A stretch of DNA of 37,373 bases from a virus (IMGVR_UViG_2565956720_000009); one strand, 5' to 3'. Positions 22,401-29,369 are shown, counted from the first letter of the stretch. Made by a program: numbers and translations. The notes: generated by a model not told the origin, from the sequence alone.

Positions 22401-23194
22401 AAGCCGAGATCAAGCAGGCAATGGACGCAGCAAGCGCGCGCATCGCAGCAGAACGGGAAGCCAATCTGAATCATGCAGTCGCCGCGCTGACTCAATCGTG
22501 GGTAACAGCAATCAGGGAGGCCGCCACCACAGGGAAAATCACACCTGCAATAGCGGATGTCGTAAACGACGGCTCTAAATTTATGGATGCCTATCAAATG
22601 GATGCGGTGAAGTTGCCATCAGCCTATGGTCAACTCAGCTATCGCATGACCTACAACCTGGTATCAATGTTTTCCGACCTTGCCATCCTTGGGCTGGTGG
22701 ATCTTAACGAGGTTACGCCGGAATTGCTCAGCATGCGCAAGAATCATGTGGAGATATTGCAGAGAATTAACACGGTTCTTGCCGGGCGCACCGATGAAGA
22801 GAAACAGGCCGACGCTGATCGGATAAACCTGGCCCTTGGCAACATCACGGAGGAAGAGATTGCCGCCAGAAACGAGAAACAAGAAGAGTTATCATCAATA
22901 CAGGGTGATGCCACCAGCATAGCTCAGTCTCTTGGTCTGAATTATCGCGTATCCACCGCCGACCTGAAGATGATGTACGCACCAAAATTCGCCGCTGGCG
23001 AGGTATTTGGGCTTCAGGAAGCCTCAGGCATGAAAGGCGTTCTTTTCCGTGCGAAAGACGCAATCAAGGCGAAATTCGGCGCTCGCTGGCTGCCAGCGAA
23101 GGCGAAGAACAGCGATTTCCCGGGTAACTGGTGGATTATCGAGACAAAACACAACGTGGCGGACGTTCTGGCCGTCATCCAACAATACGCATAA
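16427..23194 (+). CDS. darB: DarB-like giant antirestriction protein (N6-adenine methyltransferase plus SF2 helicase domains)
   Basis: 2255 aa, the length recalled for P1 DarB; N-terminal MTase motif I (EPSAGTGVF) and motif IV-like (VVGNVPFGG); helicase Walker A (GFGTGLGKTTTA) and DExH-like (ADEGHNYRN). Confidence 0.9.
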   Translation: MNKLSMGVFRCSSVSEILKYIRAITSHRAPIRYGVEKVEGKSYDRLRREANQKAIDLLNSLVDGATLTDEQRQILAGYTGEGGIGGSVSEYYTPKPIAEGVWEIMKLYGADVGNTLEPSAGTGVFNETKPVGTVMTATEISSVSGRINQLLHPEDSVQISPFEQLAVSTPNDSFDHVVGNVPFGGRDNTRNIDKPYAEETDMGSYFMLRMLDKIKPGGFMCVIVPPSIVSGSNMKRLRLRLSRKAEFLGAHRLPTGTFDANGTSTVVDVVLMRKHPAEMAEKIPLVDESTLESANVLWPTFISGKWFEKDGRRFVHGTQEKGFQGRIEVRADGQIDNQALKAKLIHRFESRIDWSLLNMAEPSPTADVVDEGEMRLINGVWQKYAGGRWIESDAGKELKIDVASYGADSWEALQRNLTTTEGRLGMTFTQMANVRDKYTTSISDDMVQLVDWINSQPEKYRERLYRGAMIGRMLIEYQDMKAAGHSAEQIEQQRLSLVSRLQAEIDRFGNPGRGPIAKLSGSGARAWFAFRGAIKLDGTISDELTGKLVTHDSSASYDSTSYQDTLRYLYSDLTRDPIQLDDFRLAFTGELPASDDELLNLLASTPGIAVSPYGGIFPFARATSGDINEIVAPKQEFLATLPDGPVKNNVLNQLAAIEEKRIKTPAENIRFKLNSRWFDRSVILEFLQENGYPDLRYVQSVQLEGDEMVSDTYHGGDGLFVGHRYGVVQRKDKETGEIRYEWDRKSGENATGFPAQLEKYLNGARIGGKDSATANGYREQMALLEDQFNKWIKTHDRYDELVAKYNDVFNSNIPYEHSGDPLGLKGLSGKRQPFDYQNSEVRRLSEDGRGILGFGTGLGKTTTALALEAFNYENGRSTRTAYVVPKSVLENWYYEAKEFLSEEAFSNYLFVGLDVLMDGDQIRQVQVLDENGKPVLGTDGTPVMRDALKLADEATITARMNAIPHSNYRAVVFTKEQYARIPLRDDTVDEHAQDMLYDFVAAGRVASAMDSDSHRKEAARRRVLSEYSDTGTEKAEKYPYFEDMGFDSVIADEGHNYRNSYKNGREASQLAYLPTSAVAQSARDMAIKNAYLMKKNGGRGPVLLTATPVVNTPIDAYNMLSHVLPKEYWQNMGIYGPDDFVKFFGKTRLETVQKISGEVEEKMALVGFENLDALRGIFHRWVTLKTAEDVKDTVEIPELDEHQQDAPLTEEQLAAYEELRQQAEAAAKANNGVTTSVNEDGVIEHEKARPIFSIIRDMDRVCTDMDLYYRRITYRFLPEYADAVQQLADSLPKQATSEDDDSDDSITQQSQYSLIDKGEFIQLQVPEAFEQEVNKRLARFGIDEQTVTHPVTPKYAKLIATLKEFFPEGKQIIFTDEKTQHQKLKRIICNALNLEPSKVGILNAQTVAEAGKTGKKLKAVKPPKELPDEPTDAQIAKYNEQMALYDAYIAQQNEMSLGGLEKIAADFQEGRTPIIICNKKAEVGINLHRGTTDIHHLTLPWTPASIAQRNGRGARVGSNRASVRVHYYCGKGSFDEYRLKTLKRKAGWISDILRSDKSEMENADANDMIEMQMYTAKDDGERLAMMQVQMDKAKAAKRARQKEQATIDLQNYIKAQHAAGEDVEVLTAELERSKAELEKTTADVAKFKQAVMAKAADNADWKARWGSVHHTDRMLLAQYRASLKSAIQRKANISQAISRYEKLLNRTQKAATDIKRLRPLVEDAINKGILDVDPDLVNHANEFLVIGDRSWRVGQYYDCAGDIVRIKSLDFDSQRADVEIIFTFKGTKSGNWDVKTLDKQVDVTPDEDAVMQKISGGVSIAGINDIVSCDDFYRFQQRGMIKITDSYGVQTTESGYSIDFVGTYTDPLKHAVYPDRRDGALKSSIAKWVLGMMSEGNNRQIRSAEAFLVELFGSNYGDVIASYGDTLSPEAIQEKIADAIARMPEKTSQGATRNGDSELEVTNAIFGTNEFRASDYEITTAQFGTIGIYSNKAEIKQAMDAASARIAAEREANLNHAVAALTQSWVTAIREAATTGKITPAIADVVNDGSKFMDAYQMDAVKLPSAYGQLSYRMTYNLVSMFSDLAILGLVDLNEVTPELLSMRKNHVEILQRINTVLAGRTDEEKQADADRINLALGNITEEEIAARNEKQEELSSIQGDATSIAQSLGLNYRVSTADLKMMYAPKFAAGEVFGLQEASGMKGVLFRAKDAIKAKFGARWLPAKAKNSDFPGNWWIIETKHNVADVLAVIQQYA

Positions 23195-23227
23195 CAGGAG
23201 CGCCCGGTTCGCCGGGCGTCGCATAAT

Positions 23228-23668
23228 ATGGCCACACTATCTGATACAATAAAACCGAATAAAACATATCTTGAGGCGGTACTCCGTACAGCGTTGTTAG
23301 GAAAGACAGAAGACGAATACGTTGATTTCTTCCTGTCAGGGCTACGCGGGCGATTACTGAAAAATCCCCGCCTGTACCGCAGCTATGGTCCATACTGGCC
23401 GGAAATTAAAAAATTATTACTGGAGCGCGGTTATGGTAATTTCGGTCGTCTCGTTGACCGTGACGTTCGCAAAATTTACCGTTATGACCGCCCGGCGCTA
23501 ACACTCATAGCCGCGACGCTCTACAGCCAGGAGCGTTTTGATAATGGTCAGATATACTCAGCCTGGCATTTACTGCCAGTGCCTGAAGAAGTTGACGACC
23601 AGGACTATGAGTTTGAGTCTTACGATTTGGAAGTTGAAGCCTTGGCACAGGCTGGAGAGAAAACTTGA
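23228..23668 (+). CDS. ulx: Ulx-like protein (downstream partner of darB)
   Basis: 146-aa ORF directly after darB and overlapping the next ORF; assignment by synteny with recalled P1 darB-ulx-lxc. Confidence 0.5.
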   Translation: MATLSDTIKPNKTYLEAVLRTALLGKTEDEYVDFFLSGLRGRLLKNPRLYRSYGPYWPEIKKLLLERGYGNFGRLVDRDVRKIYRYDRPALTLIAATLYSQERFDNGQIYSAWHLLPVPEEVDDQDYEFESYDLEVEALAQAGEKT

Positions 23669-23913
23669 AAAAGCGATACTACACAGTAAAGCATGGGACG
23701 CTACGAGCATTACAAGAGTTTGCTGATAAGCATAACGTTGAGGTGCGCAGGGAAGGGGGAAGTAAAGCTCTGCGCATGTACCGTCCGGACGGGAAATGGC
23801 GTACGGTCGTCGATTTCAAAACTAACAGCGTTCCCCAGGGCGTCCGCGACCGGGCATTCGAAGAATGGGAGCAGATCATCATAGATAACGCATTGCTCCT
23901 GAATGCTGATTAA
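23665..23913 (+). CDS. lxc: Lxc/Bof-like C1 co-repressor
   Basis: 82-aa ORF with TTG start and GGAGAG RBS; P1 bof/lxc is recalled to start at TTG; position upstream of the res/mod-equivalent slot. Confidence 0.5.
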   Translation: MKKRYYTVKHGTLRALQEFADKHNVEVRREGGSKALRMYRPDGKWRTVVDFKTNSVPQGVRDRAFEEWEQIIIDNALLLNAD

Positions 23914-23921
23914 ATCTTTGG

Positions 23922-23946
23922 CTATGCCTGGCTAAGCCAGGCATAG
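23922..23946. terminator. hairpin between convergent lxc and toxSAS genes (probable bidirectional terminator)
   Basis: Perfect inverted repeat CTATGCCTGGC-TAA-GCCAGGCATAG; only modest U-tracts on either side. Confidence 0.5.
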
Positions 23947-23950
23947 GAAT

Positions 23951-25081
23951 TTACACAGTATCAATGTGTCTGCTAAGGAATCTCCCGAACTGATTTGTTG
24001 ACCCAAAATAGTTAGGATAAGCCTTTTTAAGAGATTTAATGTTGTTAGTGGCAAGCAGCACCGCAATTAATACTTCAGGATCCGCATCATCCTTATTAAG
24101 TTCCTGGAGGGCTTGTTCCGATTCTTTTTTCCTAAAAGGTTTCACAGAAACAAGAAACTTTCCAGTATCCTTGCCATTTTTTGTTATGGCGTTTCTCATC
24201 CTCACCAAAAAGAATCCATTATGGTTTTTGGGCAGGCTTTTCTTTAGGTTTGCATCTGATGTCAGCTTCATTGCAAATGTATATGTACTTAATTTTGAGC
24301 GAACAGATAAAGCCTCCTCCAATGTTTTAAGCTCTGTTTGATAATTTTTGATGGTTTCATCATCAAGAATACAGGCACCTTCATCATGAGCAACTAGGCA
24401 TCCAGAAAGATAAAAAAATCTTCTCCACTCAGGGTGACCTTCATTAGAAGTTTTCAGCTTAATATTTTCAAGTGTATCTATTATCTCCAGACTTGTTGCC
24501 CAAGCATGTTGGAGTTCTGTTCTTAGTTGTACTTCGATTTTAGTTTTACTCCACGGATTGTTACCGTTTTCTTCATCAAAACAACTATATGCAAGGTGAA
24601 TGCCACTATATCCGCTTGGCTTTGGAGTTAAATAGTCATATTCCTTTAAGATTTTATGCTTGGAGCGACTTTTAACTAGTCGGTCTTTTAGTTTCTTTAG
24701 TTGTTCGATGTTTCTAACTATAGCTCTACATCCGCCAATATCCTGCATTCTAGTAAGGGCTATTGCATTATTTGTTGCGCCGCCGTCAAGACTTGGACGC
24801 TCCAGTTTATCAATTATTGTGCTAAGTCTTTTTAGGCGTCTTGCAACAATAATCTTATTCTCTTTATCAACTTTTTTTGCAGCCCTATCAAGATGATTTT
24901 TCATTAGCATCAATGGATATAAATGAAGCTCGCGGAAATTTTGAATCATTTTAATTGCTTCTTCTCGCTCTGCGCCCTCACAACCATGTCTAATTTTTCT
25001 GGCTGCTTTTTCTATTTGAGATTTCGAATATTTAAGTTCGCATTTTTGGCTTTGATATACTTCACTGCCCATTACTAACAT
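23951..25081 (-). CDS. RelA/SpoT-homologue synthetase-domain protein; fused toxSAS toxin-antitoxin (CapRel-like)
   Basis: Synthetase motifs ARRLKRLSTIIDKLER, DIGGCRAIV, GYSGIHLAY and EVQLRTELQHAWA in the N-terminal half, plus a ~170-aa C-terminal extension. Monocistronic and AT-rich. First ATG at 25081; alternative ATG at 25072 gives 373 aa; the track ORF begins at a TTG at 25090. Confidence 0.85.
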   Translation of the reverse strand: MLVMGSEVYQSQKCELKYSKSQIEKAARKIRHGCEGAEREEAIKMIQNFRELHLYPLMLMKNHLDRAAKKVDKENKIIVARRLKRLSTIIDKLERPSLDGGATNNAIALTRMQDIGGCRAIVRNIEQLKKLKDRLVKSRSKHKILKEYDYLTPKPSGYSGIHLAYSCFDEENGNNPWSKTKIEVQLRTELQHAWATSLEIIDTLENIKLKTSNEGHPEWRRFFYLSGCLVAHDEGACILDDETIKNYQTELKTLEEALSVRSKLSTYTFAMKLTSDANLKKSLPKNHNGFFLVRMRNAITKNGKDTGKFLVSVKPFRKKESEQALQELNKDDADPEVLIAVLLATNNIKSLKKAYPNYFGSTNQFGRFLSRHIDTV

Positions 25082-25137
25082 CCAGTTCAAATGATTAATG
25101 TGTTGTTACATATAATAACAAATCAAGCTAGAAATCA

Positions 25138-25164
25138 ATGGGTATGAAAATGAAACATACCCAT
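25138..25164 (-). terminator. hairpin downstream of mat / upstream of toxSAS gene
   Basis: 9-bp perfect inverted repeat ATGGGTATG-N9-CATACCCAT followed on the minus strand by a T-rich stretch; could terminate mat and insulate the toxSAS promoter. Confidence 0.4.
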
Positions 25165-25184
25165 AATGTTACCTAACGTAACTA

Positions 25185-25826
25185 TTATAAATAGTTCTGT
25201 TTACCTGTTAATTCTCCTTGCGGCACTTGTTTTTGCGTTAGTGTTTGAGTTCCGCGAATTATGTTAATCAGGGGACTTAGTAATGATGGTTCCTGATGGG
25301 CCTCAACTTCTCCAGCCATTGCCCTGATGTAGTCGGCGCTGGCAACGTTGTTGTATTCCGTCGCAAAGCAACATAGTAACGTCAGAACATGTTCTGTCGT
25401 TATTTCGCTCCAGTTGATGTTGAAAAATTCATCGCCTTTTTTATCGTGTTCGGAATCGAAGATGCTTTGGTGAAGGATGTATTTGCCGGATTCCTTGCGC
25501 GGTAACTTGATCGCTTTCTGGCGTTCCAATTCCTTGTAAATCTGCATTGCTTCAATCAGTACCGGTCTGCCGTTCATGAAGGGATCATGCAACCTTACAC
25601 GCTGGCCAACTCGACCGGTAATAAAGCTGTTTTCCTCTTCCACCAGCACGATAAAACCCTTTTCCTCTTTTTCTCGCAATTCGCGCAGCAGCTGGAGTTC
25701 CATATCGCGGCGGCGTTCAGGGTAGCTGGTCCGCTCAGCCATTATCAGCTCATTGTTGATCCATGCAGCAGTCATTGACGCCGGTTTGCCGACGCTCATT
25801 GAAACAACGCATATTTTCTTATCCAT
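25185..25826 (-). CDS. mat: Mat-like protein (particle maturation control), assigned by position
   Basis: 213 aa from the ATG at 25826 (MDKKICVV...), downstream of ref as recalled for P1 cre-cra-ref-mat; no motif recognised. Confidence 0.45.
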   Translation of the reverse strand: MDKKICVVSMSVGKPASMTAAWINNELIMAERTSYPERRRDMELQLLRELREKEEKGFIVLVEEENSFITGRVGQRVRLHDPFMNGRPVLIEAMQIYKELERQKAIKLPRKESGKYILHQSIFDSEHDKKGDEFFNINWSEITTEHVLTLLCCFATEYNNVASADYIRAMAGEVEAHQEPSLLSPLINIIRGTQTLTQKQVPQGELTGKQNYL

Positions 25827-25837
25827 AGCGCCCCTAC

Positions 25838-25865
25838 AAAAAAGAAAAGCCACCAGCGGCGGCTT
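25838..25865 (-). terminator. rho-independent terminator between ref and mat
   Basis: On the minus strand AAGCCGCC-GCT-GGTGGCTT followed by TTCTTTTTT, ending about 12 nt before the mat start codon. Confidence 0.55.
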
Positions 25866-26014
25866 AGCAATACAACTGAAGGTAGCGCCCGGTACTCAGA
25901 CTGTGCCGTCCATGGAATATTTGAAAAGGGATCCATCCGTACCGGGCGTGTGATGATTCTGACTCAAGTCACTTGTCAGTTGTCAATCATTTAAGATTAA
26001 AAATAATATATTTA

Positions 26015-26575
26015 TTAGTGCATGATGTTTGCCATTTCATAGGCGTCAGCCAGCAACTCCATCTCTGACTTGTTCAACAAGGTGAATTCTTTCTTGCCTC
26101 CTACCACGCCATCTGCATGAACAGGGACCAGCCAAGGGTATTTTTCTCTTACTTCAGCCGGTGCTGCATGCTGGTGGTGCCATCTGCAAAGGGGCAATTG
26201 CTTTTTGTGACAACCCGGCGCGGTACGACCGGAGATATGGTGCAGAGACACCTCTTCAGATATTACTCCATGCATGTAGCAGGCAATGCAGGGGAGAGTG
26301 CCAAGAGCATTGGCGATGGTCCGTTCCTCCGCCGTCGGTGTTCGCCCCTTCAAGCCACGAGATTTTATTTTTACCGCACTTTTCCGCGTTTTGCTGGCTG
26401 GTGGGCGCTCTTTCTGTTTAGCGATACGGCGGTCGATAGAATCCCGCATTTTCTGATATTGCGATTCTCGCCAGGCGGGGTCAGCCAACTTTTCCCGTTG
26501 CCGAGCGATCGCTCGTTCTCTGGCTGCCTTCTGCCACTCGCGGCGCTGTTCAAGTTTTTGTTCGATTGTTTTCAT
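26015..26575 (-). CDS. ref: Ref HNH endonuclease (recombination enhancement function)
   Basis: 186 aa from the ATG at 26575 (MKTIEQKLEQRREWQKAARE...); C-terminal HNH-like Cys/His cluster (CIACYMHG...HHISGR...CHKKQLPLCRWHHQH); matches recalled P1 Ref. Confidence 0.9.
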   Translation of the reverse strand: MKTIEQKLEQRREWQKAARERAIARQREKLADPAWRESQYQKMRDSIDRRIAKQKERPPASKTRKSAVKIKSRGLKGRTPTAEERTIANALGTLPCIACYMHGVISEEVSLHHISGRTAPGCHKKQLPLCRWHHQHAAPAEVREKYPWLVPVHADGVVGGKKEFTLLNKSEMELLADAYEMANIMH

Positions 26576-26580
26576 ATGGC

Positions 26581-26606
26581 AAAAAAAAGGCGGCCTAATG
26601 GCCGCC
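26581..26606 (-). promoter_or_regulatory. GC hairpin plus U8 in the ref leader (terminator-like attenuator)
   Basis: Minus strand GGCGGCC-ATTA-GGCCGCC followed by TTTTTTTT, ending 5 nt before the ref ATG and leaving no room for an SD. Confidence 0.5.
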
Positions 26607-26673
26607 AATGATGTCAAGGAGTGAAGTAATGGCAACGTCTTCGTAGTTGACAAAAACTGCGGCTAAATTATAG

Positions 26674-26690
26674 CAATCAATTAGAGCAAT
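26674..26690 (-). promoter_or_regulatory. C1 operator-like site (Op2-like) upstream of ref, with an adjacent degenerate second copy
   Basis: Reverse complement ATTGCTCTAATTGATTG (14/17 to consensus); next to it ATTGCTATAATT on the same strand, which also contains a TATAAT -10-like hexamer. Confidence 0.55.
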
Positions 26691-26796
26691 GGCAGATATT
26701 TTGTTTATCGCGAATCACATTTTTTCACTTCAGTACCTGTGTGCTATACTCCTTCTTGATTGATTGGATGCGGAATACAAACCCGCTCTTTTGTGC

Positions 26797-26826
26797 AGCC
26801 TGGCTCCTTGCCAGGCTTTTTTTTAT
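26797..26826 (+). terminator. plus-strand rho-independent terminator overlapping the cra 3' end
   Basis: GCCTGGC-TCCTT-GCCAGGC followed by T9 on the plus strand. Confidence 0.5.
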
Positions 26827-27134
26827 TTCATCATGGAAGCTGTTAACGCTTTGGACCTTGCTGAACTGATTGAAAGGGCATTGTTTACCTTACCCAGGAG
26901 TTCGCCAAATTCCCCCATCACTCTAGTAAGCCCGCGCCGCGCTTCCTCCTCCGTTGCATTCATCACAAAATGTTCAGCACTCCGCATGCTTTTAACGGGG
27001 AACGCAACAGATATCGAGTCGATATCAGGCATCCTATCGCTCAACTTTACGGTGACAATGACAGATGGTGACAGAATATTAGTGCTTACAGACAGCACTA
27101 CATATTTTCCGTCGATGTTGAAATCCTTTCTCAT
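26823..27134 (-). CDS. cra: Cra-like small protein (cre-associated), assigned by position
   Basis: 103-aa ORF immediately downstream of cre on the same strand; weak RBS; no motif recognised. Confidence 0.35.
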   Translation of the reverse strand: MRKDFNIDGKYVVLSVSTNILSPSVIVTVKLSDRMPDIDSISVAFPVKSMRSAEHFVMNATEEEARRGLTRVMGEFGELLGKVNNALSISSARSKALTASMMK

Positions 27135-27150
27135 ATGCCACCATAAATAT

Positions 27151-27167
27151 CAAAGAATTAGAGCAAT
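27151..27167 (-). promoter_or_regulatory. C1 operator-like site between cre and cra
   Basis: Reverse complement ATTGCTCTAATTCTTTG (13/17 to consensus). Confidence 0.4.
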
Positions 27168-27184
27168 CATTTACGCGTTAATGG

Positions 27185-28216
27185 CTAATCGCCATCTTCC
27201 AGCAGGCGCACCATTGCCCCTGTTTCACTATCCAGGTTACGGATATAGTTCATGACAATATTTACATTGGTCCAGCCACCAGCTTGCATGATCTCCGGTA
27301 TTGAAACTCCAGCGCGGGCCATATCTCGCGCGGCTCCGACACGGGCACTGTGTCCAGACCAGGCCAGGTATCTCTGACCAGAGTCATCCTTAGCGCCGTA
27401 AATCAATCGATGAGTTGCTTCAAAAATCCCTTCCAGGGCGCGAGTTGATAGCTGGCTGGTGGCAGATGGCGCGGCAACACCATTTTTTCTGACCCGGCAA
27501 AACAGGTAGTTATTAGGATCATCAGCTACACCAGAGACAGAAATCCATCGCTCGACCAGTTTAGTTACCCCCAGGCTAAGTGCCTTCTCTACACCTGCGG
27601 CGCTAACCAGCGTTTTCGTTCTGCCAATATGGATTAACATTCTCCCACCGTCAGTACGTGAGATATCTTTAACCCTGATCCTGGCAATTTCTGCTATACG
27701 TAGCAGGGTATTATAAGCAATCCCAAGAAATGCCAGATTACGTATATCCTGGCAGCGATCGCTATTTTCCATGAGTGAACGAACCTGGTCGAAATCAGTG
27801 CGTTCGAACGCCAATGCCTGTTTTGCACGCTCACCGGCATCAACGTTTTCTTTTCGGATCCGTCGCATGACCAGTGAAACAGCATTGCTGTCACTTGGTC
27901 GTGGCAGCCCGGACCGACGATGAAGCATATTTAGCTGGCCCAAATGTTGCTGGATAGTTTTTACTGCCAGACCGCGCGCCTGAAGATATAGAAGATAATC
28001 GCGAACATCTTCAGGTTCTGCGGGAAACCATTTCCGGTTATTCAACTTGCACCATGCCGCCCACGACCGGCAAACGGACAGAAGCATTTTCCAGGTATGC
28101 TCAGAAAACGCCTGGCGATCCCTGAACATGTCCATCAGGTTCTTGCGAACCTCATCACTCGTTGCATCGACCGGTAATGCAGGCAAATTTTGGTGTACGG
28201 TCAGTAAATTGGACAT
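27185..28216 (-). CDS. cre: Cre tyrosine recombinase
   Basis: 343 aa, MSNLLTVHQNLPALPVDATSDEVRKNLMDMFRDRQAFSEHTWKMLLSVCRSW... is recognisably P1 Cre; cognate loxP lies 418 bp upstream. Confidence 0.97.
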   Translation of the reverse strand: MSNLLTVHQNLPALPVDATSDEVRKNLMDMFRDRQAFSEHTWKMLLSVCRSWAAWCKLNNRKWFPAEPEDVRDYLLYLQARGLAVKTIQQHLGQLNMLHRRSGLPRPSDSNAVSLVMRRIRKENVDAGERAKQALAFERTDFDQVRSLMENSDRCQDIRNLAFLGIAYNTLLRIAEIARIRVKDISRTDGGRMLIHIGRTKTLVSAAGVEKALSLGVTKLVERWISVSGVADDPNNYLFCRVRKNGVAAPSATSQLSTRALEGIFEATHRLIYGAKDDSGQRYLAWSGHSARVGAARDMARAGVSIPEIMQAGGWTNVNIVMNYIRNLDSETGAMVRLLEDGD

Positions 28217-28542
28217 TTAACACTCAGATAATGGTTTTAAGTAAAGTGTACAGGATCGGCTCTGCCTTTACCTGTTTATGGTTCTCGTCATAGAAACGCC
28301 AGCGACCGCGCGTGCGTTCTATTTTCTCTTCACCGCGCGATAATGACAGTTGACAACTATCACGATCAAACCCTTTTGCCCGCCAGTAACCACGGTTTTT
28401 CTCAAGCTCAAGATGAGTGGACACTTTAGCAGCTGAATATCCCATTTTTCACCTCTGATTGATTGGTGGTGCTAAGTGCGCTACGCGAAATCTGGAGCAC
28501 AAACACTGCCAACATTTCACAGATTTTACGTAGCGCAACCTT

Positions 28543-28562
28543 GATCAAATGATCAAGTGATC
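28543..28562. promoter_or_regulatory. cluster of three Dam GATC sites (each within TGATCA) in the cre promoter region
   Basis: TTGATCAAATGATCAAGTGATCAC; P1 cre transcription is recalled to be Dam-methylation sensitive. Confidence 0.5.
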
Positions 28563-28634
28563 ACTATTTGACCTGATAAGGTATTGAACTGTATGGATTT
28601 ACAGGTAAATTGATCATGTTCAATAACCCTTAAG

Positions 28635-28668
28635 ATAACTTCGTATAATGTATGCTATACGAAGTTAT
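28635..28668. other. loxP: loxP site
   Basis: Exact canonical 34-bp loxP: ATAACTTCGTATA-ATGTATGC-TATACGAAGTTAT. Confidence 0.98.
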
Positions 28669-28711
28669 TAGGTCTGAAGAGGAGTTTACGTCCAGCTGCG
28701 CATAAAAATCA

Positions 28712-28728
28712 AGAATTATTAGAGCAAT
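28712..28728 (-). promoter_or_regulatory. C1 operator-like site (ImmC)
   Basis: Reverse complement ATTGCTCTAATAATTCT (about 14/17 to consensus). Confidence 0.5.
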
Positions 28729-28788
28729 AAATTTTGAGAGAAAAATCCCACTCCACCAGCCAAAAACTGGATTGTTTTTCATAGTTGT

Positions 28789-28815
28789 TTGACAATTGCT
28801 CTAATAAATTATAGT
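28789..28815 (+). promoter_or_regulatory. ImmC promoter with overlapping C1 operator
   Basis: TTGACA at 28789-28794 followed directly by ATTGCTCTAATAAATTA (16/17 to consensus, 28795-28811) and a TATAGT -10-like hexamer; oriented toward coi and c1. Confidence 0.6.
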
Positions 28816-29049
28816 TTTGCCGCCGTTTCGTAATACGACTTTGGATTCACTATTTAATGTGTCTTCAGCGTTGTAGAGCGGCTCAGAAGGAAATGAGCAA
28901 ACAGGGAAACCTTATACAACGGCATTACAGCTATGCATTGCTCATCTTACACACAGCGCAATGTTGTTAGATTACCCCAGCATGGATCATGGGTGAAACA
29001 GTAGGTCAGAGCTTCAGGCTCTGTGTTGTCAATACAGTGAGGCATAATT

Positions 29050-29259
29050 ATGGCTTTCATTCCACCAACCATCGACGACGTTAGACATTGCTCTAACGCT
29101 TTATCTGTAGACCCCGCCGAAACCGACGCTGCCCGCGCCATTGCTGAACACTACTCAAAGATATCCAATCAGGAGTACCGCATCACCCAAGACGACCTGG
29201 ATGATCTCACTGACACAATCGAATATCTCATGGCCACTAACCAGCCAGACTCACAATAA
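29050..29259 (+). CDS. coi: Coi-like C1 inactivator
   Basis: 69-aa ORF (the size recalled for P1 Coi) immediately upstream of c1 on the same strand; GAGG RBS. Confidence 0.65.
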   Translation: MAFIPPTIDDVRHCSNALSVDPAETDAARAIAEHYSKISNQEYRITQDDLDDLTDTIEYLMATNQPDSQ

Positions 29260-29369
29260 ATGCACTAATAAATCTATTATTTTCGTTGGATCCTTCTATA
29301 ATGGTGGCCAACAACTCCCAGTGTAATCCGCTGTGAGTTGTTGGCCATGTCAATTCTGGAGGAGGATCA

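Noticed and set aside
23922-25184. Type III restriction-modification genes (res/mod) expected between lxc and mat
   Set aside because: No ORF in this interval has methyltransferase or helicase/endonuclease motifs; the only gene present is the RelA/SpoT-domain toxSAS.
26576-26653. N-terminal extension of ref to a TTG at 26653 (212-aa form)
   Set aside because: The extension would translate through the GC hairpin and U8 tract, and the 186-aa form from the ATG at 26575 matches the recalled Ref length.
26764-27255. 163-aa plus-strand ORF across the ref-cre intergenic region
   Set aside because: It runs straight through a strong plus-strand terminator and a C1 operator, is antisense to the better-supported cra candidate and the 3' end of cre, and has an odd composition. 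Most likely a shadow ORF.
28224-28445. 73-aa minus-strand ORF between loxP and cre
   Set aside because: It lies in the cre promoter/leader region, has no convincing RBS and no recognisable protein features. Treated as spurious.
28893-28970. 25-aa ORF (MSKQGNLIQRHYSYALLILHTAQCC) with GAAGGA RBS upstream of coi, possibly imcA/imcB-like
   Set aside because: Too short to support from sequence alone; mentioned only as a possible small ImmC gene.
29087-29103. Possible C1 operator inside coi (ATTGCTCTAACGCTTTA)
   Set aside because: Only 12/17 match, with all mismatches in the 3' half; it could be a weak intragenic operator but is not distinguishable from chance.
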